Source of the DNA: an uncultured Chloroflexia bacterium
GTDB taxonomy: Bacteria; Chloroflexota; Dehalococcoidia; UBA2979
NCBI GenBank assembly: GCA_963728205.1
Contig: CAVSIV010000001.1
Coordinates: forward strand, 640,001 to 704,000
DNA length: 64,000 nt
Reading direction: 5' to 3'
The translations under genes and the position numbers were made by a program. A model generated the notes under the pieces. The model was not told the origin of the DNA. It ran no database searches and worked only from the letters and a program-made list of their open reading frames with translations. This document shows, piece after piece, positions 19,592 to 29,555 of this stretch (position 1 is its first letter; every line of letters starts with the position of its first letter).

Positions 19592-19711
19592 GGGACGGCT
19601 GCCTTTCGTTGGTCCGCGCGGCGGGTGGCCGCGCGGGCTGGCTGGTTCTCGGGGCGGCTCAGCCCGCTCACGCGGGGGCCGCTCGCCCCGTGGCTGGGTC
19701 GTGGGGCGAGC

Positions 19712-21748
19712 TCAGCCCGCTGAAGCGGGGCCGTTCGCCGCGGAGGCGCTCGCCTCGGAGACGCCGGCGCTCAGCCCAATCTCGCGGAGGAACGCGTCGT
19801 TGCGCGGCTCGCGGCCGAGGAACTCGCGGATCAGGTCCGCGGCATCCCGAGTGCCGCCCCTCTCGAGGATCACGCGGCGGTAGTCGGCGCCGACGGCGGT
19901 GCGGTCCGGCTCGCCCTCGAAGCGCGTGAACATGTCGTCGCCGAACACCTGCGACCACAGGTAGCCGTAGTAGCCGGCGTCATACCCGAAGAGGTGGCCG
20001 AAGCCGCACTGGAAGTGCGTGCCGGCCGGGAAGGGGAACGCGGTGATCGGGTGCAGCTCCTCGGCGATCGCGTCCGTGTCCTTGTCGCGGCCCGCGTCGT
20101 GGTACGCGAGGTCGAGCCGCGCGAAGTACAGCTGCCGCAGGTAGAACAGCCCGCTCGCGACGTTCTTCGCTGCGATCATGCGGTCGAGCAGGTCGGCGGG
20201 CAGCGGCTCGCCGGTGTCGACGTGGCGCGTGAAGCCCGCGAGCACGTCGCGGTCCCACACCCAGTGCTCGAGCATCTGCGACGGCGCCTCGACGAAGTCG
20301 CGCTCGACGTGCGTGCCGGCGAAGCGGGCGTACCGCGAGCGCGTCATCGTCTGGTGCAGGATGTGCCCGAACTCGTGGAAGAGCGTCTCCACCTCGGAGT
20401 GGCGCAGCAGCGACGGCGACTCCGCGGTCGGCTTCGTGAAGTTCGCGACGATGGCGCTGGCCGGGGCCTGGTACGCGCCGTCCGGCAGGCGGCGGCCGAG
20501 CAGCAGGTTCCACGCCGCGGCGTGGCCGTACTTGTCCGGCCGCGGATGCAGGTCCATGTAGAAGTGCGAGATGTGCGAACCGTCGGCGGCGTCCTCGATG
20601 GCGTAGAGGCGCACGTCGGGGTGCCACGCCCTCGCCTCCGGCACGCGGACGAAGCGCACGCCGACGAGGCTCTGGTAGACGTCGAACAGCCCGTCGAGCA
20701 CGGCGTCCAGCGGGAAGTACTCGGCGACGGCGAAGGCGTCGACCTCGAACCGCTCCTTCAGCACGCGCTGCTGGTAGTAGCGCCAGTCCCAGATCTCGAC
20801 GCGCGTCTCGGCCGGGGGCGTGCGGCGGTGGCGCGCCTTCGACTCGGCCAGCTCGACCATGTCGATGTCGGCCTTCTCGCGCACGCGCCGCTCGAGGTCG
20901 ACGAGGAAGTCGGTCGCGGCGCGCGGCTCCTTCGCCATGCGGACCTCGAGCTGGTAGGCGGCCCACGACGGGTAGCCGAGCGTCGTGGCGATCTCGTCGC
21001 GGACGGCGATCGCCTCGGTGAGGATTGGGAGGTTGGCCTCCGCCGCCTTGTTGTGGTTCTTGAGGAAGAGCTCGCGGCGCAGCTCCTCGCTCTCGGCGGC
21101 CTCCATGAACGGGTAGAACTCGGGGTAGTCGAGCGAGACGCGGAAGCGCGGGCCGTCCGGGGTGTCGACCGTCTGCAGGCGGTCGACATAACTCTGCGGC
21201 AGCCCGGCCAGGCCGTCGCGCTCGACGAGGATCGCGTCCTGGAACTCGTCGACATTGCGGCGGAAGTCGACGCCGAGCGCGACCAGCCGCTCTTTCAGCG
21301 CCTGCACTCGCGCCCGCCGGTCGGCGTCGAGGTCGAAGCCGTTGCGGCGGTAGTCGCGCAGCTCGAATTCGAGCAGGCGCGCGGTGTCCGGGTCGAGCCC
21401 GGCGGCGGCCGGGGAGTCGGCGAAGGCGCGCAGCGCGCGGTAGACGTCTTCGCGGAAGCCGATGGTCGTCGCGTAGGTGTCGAGCTCCTGCTCCGCGGCG
21501 AGGCCGGCGGCGCGCACGTCGGCATCCGCGGCGACGTAGGCGAGGAAGCCGTAGCGGCCGCTGGCGGTGGCGAGCACGTCGAGGACGCGGTCGAGCGGCA
21601 GCAGGGTGTTGTCGGCGGTGCGGTCGGCGTCGGGGACGGCGACGACGGCGTCGAGCATCGCGTCGGAGCGGCGCATCGCGTCCGCCGCGCCCGCGCGCAG
21701 GGAGTCCGGGGTGACGGTGGGGTAGTCGAACGGTGCAGGTGCTGGCAT
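19712..21748 (-). CDS. M3 family metallopeptidase (thimet oligopeptidase-like)
   Basis: FHEFGH (HEXXH), DFVEAPSQMLE, GYYGYLWS. Confidence 0.95.
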   Translation of the reverse strand: MPAPAPFDYPTVTPDSLRAGAADAMRRSDAMLDAVVAVPDADRTADNTLLPLDRVLDVLATASGRYGFLAYVAADADVRAAGLAAEQELDTYATTIGFREDVYRALRAFADSPAAAGLDPDTARLLEFELRDYRRNGFDLDADRRARVQALKERLVALGVDFRRNVDEFQDAILVERDGLAGLPQSYVDRLQTVDTPDGPRFRVSLDYPEFYPFMEAAESEELRRELFLKNHNKAAEANLPILTEAIAVRDEIATTLGYPSWAAYQLEVRMAKEPRAATDFLVDLERRVREKADIDMVELAESKARHRRTPPAETRVEIWDWRYYQQRVLKERFEVDAFAVAEYFPLDAVLDGLFDVYQSLVGVRFVRVPEARAWHPDVRLYAIEDAADGSHISHFYMDLHPRPDKYGHAAAWNLLLGRRLPDGAYQAPASAIVANFTKPTAESPSLLRHSEVETLFHEFGHILHQTMTRSRYARFAGTHVERDFVEAPSQMLEHWVWDRDVLAGFTRHVDTGEPLPADLLDRMIAAKNVASGLFYLRQLYFARLDLAYHDAGRDKDTDAIAEELHPITAFPFPAGTHFQCGFGHLFGYDAGYYGYLWSQVFGDDMFTRFEGEPDRTAVGADYRRVILERGGTRDAADLIREFLGREPRNDAFLREIGLSAGVSEASASAANGPASAG

Positions 21749-21923
21749 GCGCGCGATGATACCCGCGGCCCCCGGGGCGTGCGTCGAGCGGCGAGGGACC
21801 TGGTGCGAGCGGCGCGTGGCGAACGCGCTGAGCGCCGGCAGCGGCCCGCTGCGACCGGTCTCAGCGCCGTGACCCGGCGCCGCTCGAAGCACGCTTTACA
21901 CTCGCATGAAGGGGGGACCCGCC

Positions 21924-23210
21924 ATGACCACGCGCACGCACCCGTTCACGCCGGCGATGAAGGAGTGCCCGTACCGGACCTACGACGAGTGGCGTGAGCA
22001 GGCGCCGCTGGTTTGGAGCCCCGAGATCAACGCCTGGCTCGTCACGCGCTATGACGAGGCGAAGGCGGTCCTCGACGACGCTGCGACGTTCTCGTCGACG
22101 AACAGCGTCTTCGGCGGCCCCGAGCTCGCGCACCCCGAGTTTCCCTCGATGATCAACCGCGACGAGCCGGACCACAGAGCGCTACGGGCCATCGTCTCCA
22201 AGGCGTTCACGCCGCGCACCATCGATGAGGCCTGGCAGCCGCGCATCCGCGAGGTGGCGACGGAGTTGATCGACGCCGCGGTGGCGCGCGGCGACGGGCG
22301 CTTCGACATCGTGCGCGACCTCGCCTACCCGCTGCCCGTGCGAATCATCGCCGAGATCATCGGCATCCCGCCCGAGCGCTTTGCGCAGCTCAAGGCGTGG
22401 TCGAACGAGATCGTCGCCGGCATCGGCCGGGTGCCGGAGCACGGCTACGAGTCGATGCAGCAGGCCGCGGCCGCGGCCGAGCAGGCGATGCGCGAGCGCG
22501 AGCAGGCGCTGGGCCAGGGCGAGGGCGCGGACGAGGCCGAAGAGCAGGGTCCGATGTTCGCGTTCTTCATGGAGCAGATCGCGGACCGGCGCGCGCACCC
22601 GCGCGACGACCTGGTGACGCGGCTCGTGCGGGCGGAGGTCGACGGCCGCCACCTCGACGACGGCGAGCTGATCGCATTTCTCGTGCTGCTGCTCGTGGCC
22701 GGCAACGAGACGACGACGAACCTGATGAACCACGCCGTCCGCGCGATGGCCATCTACCCGGACGAGCAGCAGCGGCTGCGCGACCACCCGGATCAGATGG
22801 GCGCGTTCCTCGAGGAGACGCTGCGCTGGGAGGCGCCGATCCAGGGCTTCTACCGCCGCGCCCGGCGCGACGCCGACGTGGGAGGCGTCGCGGTGAAGGC
22901 CGGCGACGCGCTGCTCGTCCTCTACGGCGCCGCGAACCGCGACCCGCGGAAGTACGAGTGCCCCGCAGATCACGACACCGAGCGCTTCGCCGGGACGAGC
23001 GGCACGCGCGACCACCTCGCGTTCGGCTGGGGCATCCACTACTGCCTCGGCGCGAACCTCGCGCGCATCGAGGCGGGCATCGCGATGGACCTCGTGCTCG
23101 ACCGCTTCTCGCGGATCACACCCGTCGAGGGCTTCGAGACGCAGTGGTTCGACACGCCGTTCTTCCGCGGCCCCACGAGCTACGTGGTGAACGTGGCGTA
23201 CCGCCGCTAG
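21924..23210 (+). CDS. Cytochrome P450
   Basis: AGNETT, EETLR, FGWGIHYCLG. Confidence 0.95.
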   Translation: MTTRTHPFTPAMKECPYRTYDEWREQAPLVWSPEINAWLVTRYDEAKAVLDDAATFSSTNSVFGGPELAHPEFPSMINRDEPDHRALRAIVSKAFTPRTIDEAWQPRIREVATELIDAAVARGDGRFDIVRDLAYPLPVRIIAEIIGIPPERFAQLKAWSNEIVAGIGRVPEHGYESMQQAAAAAEQAMREREQALGQGEGADEAEEQGPMFAFFMEQIADRRAHPRDDLVTRLVRAEVDGRHLDDGELIAFLVLLLVAGNETTTNLMNHAVRAMAIYPDEQQRLRDHPDQMGAFLEETLRWEAPIQGFYRRARRDADVGGVAVKAGDALLVLYGAANRDPRKYECPADHDTERFAGTSGTRDHLAFGWGIHYCLGANLARIEAGIAMDLVLDRFSRITPVEGFETQWFDTPFFRGPTSYVVNVAYRR

Positions 23211-23302
23211 CCGGGACGCGTGGGGGTGGGCGCGCCGACCGGCGCGTTCACCGCGCGCCGCTCAAAGCGCACCGGGGGTGGCGGTGGCGGGGTCCTCGAG
23301 CG

Positions 23303-23791
23303 CTAGCGCCGGATCTCGATGCCACCCAGCAACGCGACTGCGCGGATCTCGAGTACCGGCGCGTCCTCCGGGAGGACGTCGTCCGCGGTGCGGTCGTCGA
23401 TCCCGCCGAGTGCGCCGCGCGCGCGGAGGGCGACGCGCCAGCCGGCCGGCACGCGCACGTCGACCCCGCCCATCACGGCGCGGGCGCGAAGCGTCGCGCC
23501 GCCGGGCGCGATCGAGGCGCTGCGCAGGTCGAGCCGCGTGCCGCCCATGACGGTCAGCACGGAGCCGCCGCGGAACGCCCGCGCGCGGCTCACCAGCGCC
23601 GTGGAGGTCATGATCGCATTGAGGGCGATCGCGTCGCTCGCCTCGTCGCCCTGCGACGGGAAGAGGCGTCGCGCCGCGACGCCCGCGAGCGCCATCCCGA
23701 CCTGCAGGGCGACCGCGGCGATCGCGACGCGCCTCAGCGTGCGCTTGAGCGCGCGCCCCCGCGCGCGGCTGCCGGGCAACACGCCGTCCAC
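23303..23791 (-). CDS. LiaF/DUF2154-like cell-envelope protein
   Basis: GGSVLTVMGGTRLDLR, AVMGGVDVRVP..W, ALLGGIEI beta repeats; start uncertain. Confidence 0.65.
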   Translation of the reverse strand: MDGVLPGSRARGRALKRTLRRVAIAAVALQVGMALAGVAARRLFPSQGDEASDAIALNAIMTSTALVSRARAFRGGSVLTVMGGTRLDLRSASIAPGGATLRARAVMGGVDVRVPAGWRVALRARGALGGIDDRTADDVLPEDAPVLEIRAVALLGGIEIRR

Positions 23792-23796
23792 CGCGG

Positions 23797-24417
23797 TCAG
23801 CTCGTGCGCAGGCTGTCGAGGAAGTGGTCGACGAGCGCCCCCACCTCGATGCGCGCTGCCGGGATGTCGGCGGCAAAGGCGATCAGGTGCGAGGCCTCGC
23901 TGATCACGCCGAGCATGAGCTGAGACATGTAGTCGACCGACGCCTGGGCGGCGAGGAGCCCCTCCTCCTGCGCGCGCAGGAGGCCGCTGCGGATCAGGCC
24001 GAGCGCGTACTCCGCGTCGATCTCGCGCCAGCGCTCCCAACCGAGCACCGACGGCGCGTCAATCAGGACGATGCGCTGGACCGTCGGCTCCATCGAGTGG
24101 TCGAGGTACTCGTGGTAGCCGGCGCGCATGCGCTCCCAGAGGTCGGCCTCAACGCGGGTCGCGTCGATGATGCGGTCGCGCAGCTCGTCCTGGAGGTCGC
24201 GATAGACGGCCTCGAAGAGGTCCTGCTTGTCGCGGAAGTGGTGGTAGAGCGCACCGCGCGTGACGCCCGCCGCCTGCACGATTTCCTCGGTCGGTGTGCT
24301 CGCGTATCCGCGCTCGGAGAACAGCGCGCGGGCGACGCCAATCAGCGCCCCGCGCGTGCGGTCCGACTGCTCGCTCTTGCGATTGCGCACGACTTCGGGA
24401 GCATGGGGCTGGGTCAT
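23797..24417 (-). CDS. TetR/AcrR family regulator
   Basis: ARALFSERGY...AGVTRGALYHHFRDKQDLF. Confidence 0.9.
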   Translation of the reverse strand: MTQPHAPEVVRNRKSEQSDRTRGALIGVARALFSERGYASTPTEEIVQAAGVTRGALYHHFRDKQDLFEAVYRDLQDELRDRIIDATRVEADLWERMRAGYHEYLDHSMEPTVQRIVLIDAPSVLGWERWREIDAEYALGLIRSGLLRAQEEGLLAAQASVDYMSQLMLGVISEASHLIAFAADIPAARIEVGALVDHFLDSLRTS

Positions 24418-24549
24418 GGGCCTACCAATCCGTCCGGGCGCGGACACCTGCCCGGGGATCGGTGCAGGCGGGCGGAAGAGCGATTATGGCACGCGGTGCG
24501 CCCGGCCGGGCCTGACGACTGTGATATGTGCACGCTTCGGCGTGCCCGC

Positions 24550-25107
24550 TCAGGGCGCGAGCGGGAGCCGGTGGCCGAGGATCTCGTACGGCTCGTCGTG
24601 TTCCGAGAAGCGCAGCGCCGGGCACAGCGTCACCCAGCCGCGAGCGGCGTAGAACGCGCGCGCGTCGGTGCTTGCCGTGCGCGTCGACAGCACGGCCGTC
24701 CGCCGCGCGACGCCGTCGAGCAGCGACGTGAGCAGCGCCGAGCCGAGGCCGCGGCTCTGCAGCGCGGGCAGGACATGGAGCTCGACGACCTCGAACGCGT
24801 CGTCGAGCCACTCGGCGGCCTGCGCCTGCGTCAGCGCGCCGGCCACGATGTCGTGCCACCACTCGCCGGGCGTGCCGCGATAGCCGTAGGCGAAGCCGAC
24901 GAGCGTGCCGTCCGCGTCCGCGACGGCGGCGCAGGCGCGGAGGGCGTCGCGTGCGACGTGGCGTTCCAGCACCTCGCGGAACGAGCGCCGTGAGATGGGG
25001 TCGGTCGGCTCGCCCAGTGCGGCTGCCTTCACGTCGAACACCGCGTCGGCGCGCGCGAGCAGCCCCGCCGCGTCGAGTCGCTCCAGCCGCCACTCGGTCC
25101 CGGTCAT
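24550..25107 (-). CDS. GNAT N-acetyltransferase
   Basis: LHVLPALQSRGLGSALL motif A; ARAFYAARGW. Confidence 0.85.
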   Translation of the reverse strand: MTGTEWRLERLDAAGLLARADAVFDVKAAALGEPTDPISRRSFREVLERHVARDALRACAAVADADGTLVGFAYGYRGTPGEWWHDIVAGALTQAQAAEWLDDAFEVVELHVLPALQSRGLGSALLTSLLDGVARRTAVLSTRTASTDARAFYAARGWVTLCPALRFSEHDEPYEILGHRLPLAP

Positions 25108-25183
25108 CGCGCGCTCCCCGGACGCCTGCGCCGCGCGAGGCGGTCGCACCAGGCGGCTATCATCGGCCGAGATCGGAGCCCCC

Positions 25184-26251
25184 ATGAGCCAGCCCGCCCC
25201 GCCCGCTCGTCGCTCGCGCGAATTTCCGCCCATCTTCGACGGCCACGAGGACTTCATCTACTCGATCCTGCACCCGCGCGACACCCCGTCGAGCCTGACG
25301 CACCCCCGGCAGCGGCGCGACTTCCTCGCGGACGGCTCCGCCGATGACGACGCCCCGCCGTTCGGTCACGTCGACGTGCCGCGCGCGCTGCGCGGCGGCC
25401 TCGGCGGCAGCTTCACCTCGATCTACCTCACGACCGAGGAAGCCGACATCGACCCGCTCGCGCACGCGATGCGCTGCCTTGATGAGCTGCTGCGGATCGT
25501 CGACCGCTCGGGGGGCGGCGTGCGGCTCTGCCGGACGGCCGCCGAGGTCGAGGCGGCGTTCGACGCCGACGCCTTCGCCTCCGTGATCGCGTTCGAGGGC
25601 GCCGACCCGATCTCGATGAGCCTGAAGGAGTTGCGGGTCTTCTACGAGGTCGGCCTGCGCTGCCTCGCGCCGACCTGGAGCCGCTCGACGATCTTCGCGC
25701 ACGGCGTCGCGTTCTCCGGCAGCCTGCCCGACGCCGGGCTCACCGAGAAGGGGCGCGAGCTGGTCGCGGAGTGCAACCGACTGGGCATCGTGCTCGACGT
25801 GTCGCACATCAACCGCGCCGGCTTCCGGGACATGCTCGAGGCGTCGAGCCGCCCGGTGATCGCGACACACTCGAGCGTGCAGGCGATCGCGCCGCACGTG
25901 CGCAACCTGGACGACGCGCAGATCCGCGCGCTCGCCGAGCAGGGCGGCACGATGGGCATCAACTTCTCGAACGCCTTTCTGCGCCCGGACATGAACGCCG
26001 ACGGTGCGAACGACACGCCGCTCGACGTGCTGCTCGACCACTTCGACCACGTGGTGAACCTCGTCGGCGACGAGCATGTCTCGTTCGGCACGGACTTCGA
26101 CGGCACGGATGTGCCGTCGGCGGTGCGCGACGCCGCGGGTCTGCCGGTGGTGCTGCGCGGCCTGCAGGCGCGTGGCTACTCCGACGACGCGCTCGACCGC
26201 ATCTGCCACGGCAACTTCCTGCGCGCCGCGCGCGAAAGCTGGGGCGCGTAG
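25184..26251 (+). CDS. M19 membrane dipeptidase family
   Basis: DGHED, LDVSH, ATHS, RNLDD, GTDFDG. Confidence 0.9.
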   Translation: MSQPAPPARRSREFPPIFDGHEDFIYSILHPRDTPSSLTHPRQRRDFLADGSADDDAPPFGHVDVPRALRGGLGGSFTSIYLTTEEADIDPLAHAMRCLDELLRIVDRSGGGVRLCRTAAEVEAAFDADAFASVIAFEGADPISMSLKELRVFYEVGLRCLAPTWSRSTIFAHGVAFSGSLPDAGLTEKGRELVAECNRLGIVLDVSHINRAGFRDMLEASSRPVIATHSSVQAIAPHVRNLDDAQIRALAEQGGTMGINFSNAFLRPDMNADGANDTPLDVLLDHFDHVVNLVGDEHVSFGTDFDGTDVPSAVRDAAGLPVVLRGLQARGYSDDALDRICHGNFLRAARESWGA

Positions 26252-26296
26252 GTCAACGGGGGGTTGTTGGAGCCGCGCCCGGTGAAGGCGCAGGTT

Positions 26297-26665
26297 TCAG
26301 CATGGAGACGACGACCGGCGCCTTGACCGACCGCCGCTCGAAGCCGGCTCGTCGCTCACTCGGCGCGGAATCTCGTAGCGGCGCAGCCGGCTTCCGGCCG
26401 CGGCGCTCGCGTCTTCCTCGATCTCGATGTGCTGTCCGGCGCGCAGGCCGGGCCACCGGATGCGGTAGTGCTCGTGCGGGAGCTCCGGGCCGCGGCAGGT
26501 GCACGGCTCGGCCTCGATGCGCGCACGGCAGGAGGCGCCGCCCGTCGCGAGCGTGAACGGGTCACCGGGACGTGGAAACAGGCCGAGGTCGCGCTTGAGG
26601 ATGAGCAGGTAGCCTTCGCGCGCCTCCTCGGAGGAGATGCGGCGCCGGTAACTGCGATGCGCCAT
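26297..26665 (-). CDS. Hypothetical protein (CxC...HxH motif)
   Basis: GGAGG RBS; MAHRSYRRRISSEEAREGY...PCTCRGPELPHEHY. Confidence 0.6.
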   Translation of the reverse strand: MAHRSYRRRISSEEAREGYLLILKRDLGLFPRPGDPFTLATGGASCRARIEAEPCTCRGPELPHEHYRIRWPGLRAGQHIEIEEDASAAAGSRLRRYEIPRRVSDEPASSGGRSRRRSSSPC

Positions 26666-26757
26666 CTCTCGACCCCCTCCGCCGCGCAACGCAGGGAATT
26701 GTACGCCGCGCCCGATCGCGGTTCCGCTCACGCCGCGTCGGCGCGAAGATCGGACGC

Positions 26758-27318
26758 ATGACAAACACGCAGCCGTTCGCGCAGCCCGGCGGCGCGCCGC
26801 CGCTCGACGATCGCCTCGACCGCCGCGACGCCGCGCTGATCGCCGCGCGTCCCGACGTCGTCGCCGTCCACATCAACGACTCGCGCTGGTGGCAGAACGC
26901 ATCCTTCGCGCTGCCGCTGCTCGTGTGCCTGGTGTCGCTCGCGCTGGGCGCGCTGCTGCGGAGCCCGGAGGCAATCGGCTTCGGGCTCTTCCTCGCGGTC
27001 GTGACGGCGATCATGGTGCCGGTGGTGATGTTGACGTGGCGCTCGACCGCAACCGCCGTCGTGCTGACGACGGGCGGCGCGCTGTCGCTCCACCACGGCC
27101 TGGTGTTGCACGAGCTGCGCTGGCCCGAGCTGCGGCGCATCGAGCGGGTCGAGTATCTCGGCAACACCCGGCACAAGCTCGTGCACGGCGACGGCGAGGA
27201 GGAGCGCTTCATGTCGATCGAGAGCGAGATCGAGCACGCCGACGACCTCGTCGATCGTGCCTTTGCGCTGTCGGGGCTGGAACGCGGCCGGCAGGAAGCG
27301 CCCGGCAGCGGTGCCTGA
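26758..27318 (+). CDS. Two-TM membrane protein with PH-like C-terminus
   Basis: Two hydrophobic helices followed by ELRWPELRRIE. Confidence 0.55.
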   Translation: MTNTQPFAQPGGAPPLDDRLDRRDAALIAARPDVVAVHINDSRWWQNASFALPLLVCLVSLALGALLRSPEAIGFGLFLAVVTAIMVPVVMLTWRSTATAVVLTTGGALSLHHGLVLHELRWPELRRIERVEYLGNTRHKLVHGDGEEERFMSIESEIEHADDLVDRAFALSGLERGRQEAPGSGA

Positions 27319-27805
27319 CGGCGAGCGCGACGTCGCGGCGGAGGTGCGGGCGCACCTCGACGCGCTCGGCGCGCCGTACGAGGTGCTCGCGTGCGATCCG
27401 GACCTCGCCGACACGGTGAACTTCTCGGCGCACTACGGCATCCCGATGGAGCAGTCCGCGAACTGCATCATCGTCGGCTCGAAGCGCGAGCCGCGGCGCT
27501 ACGCCGCGTGCCTTGCGCTGGCGACGACGCGCGTCGACGTGAACAAGACCGTGAAGGCGCTGATGGGCGCGGGCAAGCTCTCGTTCGCGCCGCCCGAGGA
27601 GACGACCGCGCTGACCGGGATGCTGATCGGCGGCGTCACGCCGTTCGCGCTGCCGCCGGACGTGCCGCTGTACATCGACCGGCGCGTGATGGAGGCAGAG
27701 CGGGTGTGGGTGGGGGGCGGGAGCCGGTCGCAGAAGATCGCGATCGCGCCCGGCGTGCTGCAGCGTCTGCCCCGCGCGCAGGTGGTCGATGGGCTCGCGT
27801 ACTAG
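27311..27805 (+). CDS. YbaK/EbsC aminoacyl-tRNA deacylase family
   Basis: GKLSFAPPE..TGMLIGGVTPF, WVGGGSRSQK. Confidence 0.85.
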   Translation: MPDGERDVAAEVRAHLDALGAPYEVLACDPDLADTVNFSAHYGIPMEQSANCIIVGSKREPRRYAACLALATTRVDVNKTVKALMGAGKLSFAPPEETTALTGMLIGGVTPFALPPDVPLYIDRRVMEAERVWVGGGSRSQKIAIAPGVLQRLPRAQVVDGLAY

Positions 27806-27868
27806 CGGTGGCGACCCCGTCGCTGGCGGCACGCTGCGTCGAACGGCGCTGATGCGCCGGCAGTGCGC

Positions 27869-28264
27869 TCAGTTCTCGCGGGGGTGTGACGTGCGGTGGA
27901 GCAGCTGCTCGACCTCGCGCACCGCGGCGCGCGCCTCGTCATGAGCGGCGGCTTCCGTCGATCGCGCCGCGAACGGGGTCGCGACGCCGGACCACACGCG
28001 GTAACCCAGCGCGAGCCCGCCGGCGAGTCCCACGGACAGCCCGACCCAGAACGCCAGCCAGGTCGCCGCGCCGACGATCAGGCCGTGCACGCCGCTGCCG
28101 ACGCCACCGAAATGGCCGATCAGCGCGACGCCGCCAGCGAAGATGCCGACGGCGACGAGGCCGGCGATGACGCCCAGTCCGAGCGCGAAGACCAGCGCGG
28201 GCCGAGCCCCGGCGACCTCGTCGTCATGGCGCGTCGGGCGGCGTCGCTTGAATTCGAACTGCAT
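27869..28264 (-). CDS. Hypothetical membrane protein
   Basis: Two long hydrophobic segments. Confidence 0.5.
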   Translation of the reverse strand: MQFEFKRRRPTRHDDEVAGARPALVFALGLGVIAGLVAVGIFAGGVALIGHFGGVGSGVHGLIVGAATWLAFWVGLSVGLAGGLALGYRVWSGVATPFAARSTEAAAHDEARAAVREVEQLLHRTSHPREN

Positions 28265-28399
28265 GCCTTGAGGATACCGCCGGTGCAATCGCCTCCTTGA
28301 GGCGATCGTCACGAAATCCCGTGACCGGTGGGCGTCGCCGGGCGTGCAGCCGTCGGCCGATCTGCGTACGGTTCTGCCGCGGCAGGTCAGCAGGGCCGC

Positions 28400-29416
28400 T
28401 CAGGCCGGCGCAGGGGCATCCTCGCGGGGCAGACCGAAGGCGTCTGCGACGAGCTCATAGGATCGCACCCGCGCAGCGAATTCGTACGTGATCGTGAGCA
28501 ACACGAGTTCGTCAACGGCGTGCTCGGTTGCAAGGTCGTTGAGACGCGCGCGCACCTGTTCCGGGGAGCCGATGGCCGAGCGCGGGCGGCTGTATTCGAT
28601 GTACTCGCGCTCGGGCGCCGAGTACTCGAAGGCCAGCGCGGTCTCCACCGATGGGATGCCGCCGTGACGGAAGCGCCAGCAGTAGCGGCTCCAGGAGAGG
28701 CGGATGGCCTCGTCCTCGGTCGGCGCGCATAGCGTCGAGACGCCGAGCGAGACGCGCGGGGCGTCGTACCACGGCGAGGGCCGGAAGACCTTGCGGTAGA
28801 TCTCCACGGAGCGGGCGGTGGTCTCGGGATTGATGAAGTGGGCGTGCGAGTACGGCAGGCCGAGCTCGCCGGCGAGCATCGCGCTCTCCGACGACGAGCC
28901 GAGCAGCCAGAGGTCGGGCATGGTGTCGCCGCGCGGCGTGGCGTGAACGTCGTGGAACGGGTGGTCGGGCGGGATCTCGTCGGCGAGGTAGCCGGCCAGG
29001 TCGAGCACCTGCTGCGGGTAGTGCTCGAGGCTGAGGCGGCCCGGGCCCAGCGCGAGGGCGTCATCGGCGAGCCGGCCGCTCCCCGGAGCGCGGCCGAGCC
29101 CGAGGTCGATGCGGCCGGGGAAGAGCGCCTCGAGGGTGCGGAAGACCTCGGCAACCTTGTACGGCGAGTAGTGCGTGAGCATGACGCCGCCGGAGCCGAC
29201 CCGCAGGCGTCGGGTCTGGCCGGCGACATGCGTGATCAGCACCTCCGGCGCCGACGAGGCGAGCCCGCTGCTTGCGTGGTGCTCCGCGAACCAGAAGCGG
29301 TGGTAGCCCAGCCGGTCTACGGCGCGTGCGAGCTCGACGCTCTCGCGCAGCGCCTGCTCCGCCGTCCCGCCCTCGCGGATCGGCGACTGGTCCAGGACGC
29401 CGAGACGGATCGCCAT
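28400..29416 (-). CDS. LLM-class flavin-dependent oxidoreductase
   Basis: LDQSP, RFWFAEHH, RVGSGGVML, PGRIDLGLGRAPG, WLLGSS. Confidence 0.9.
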   Translation of the reverse strand: MAIRLGVLDQSPIREGGTAEQALRESVELARAVDRLGYHRFWFAEHHASSGLASSAPEVLITHVAGQTRRLRVGSGGVMLTHYSPYKVAEVFRTLEALFPGRIDLGLGRAPGSGRLADDALALGPGRLSLEHYPQQVLDLAGYLADEIPPDHPFHDVHATPRGDTMPDLWLLGSSSESAMLAGELGLPYSHAHFINPETTARSVEIYRKVFRPSPWYDAPRVSLGVSTLCAPTEDEAIRLSWSRYCWRFRHGGIPSVETALAFEYSAPEREYIEYSRPRSAIGSPEQVRARLNDLATEHAVDELVLLTITYEFAARVRSYELVADAFGLPREDAPAPA

Positions 29417-29555
29417 GCGTGGACCCTCCTGCGCGCCGCGATCCTACCGCGGCAGCCTCGTGGGGAGGGCCCGTCACGGCGCACCGCCCCCGGGACGCGG
29501 AAGGGTGGCGCCGTTGCTCGCGGCCGCCTCACGCCGACGGCGCGCACCGTCCGCG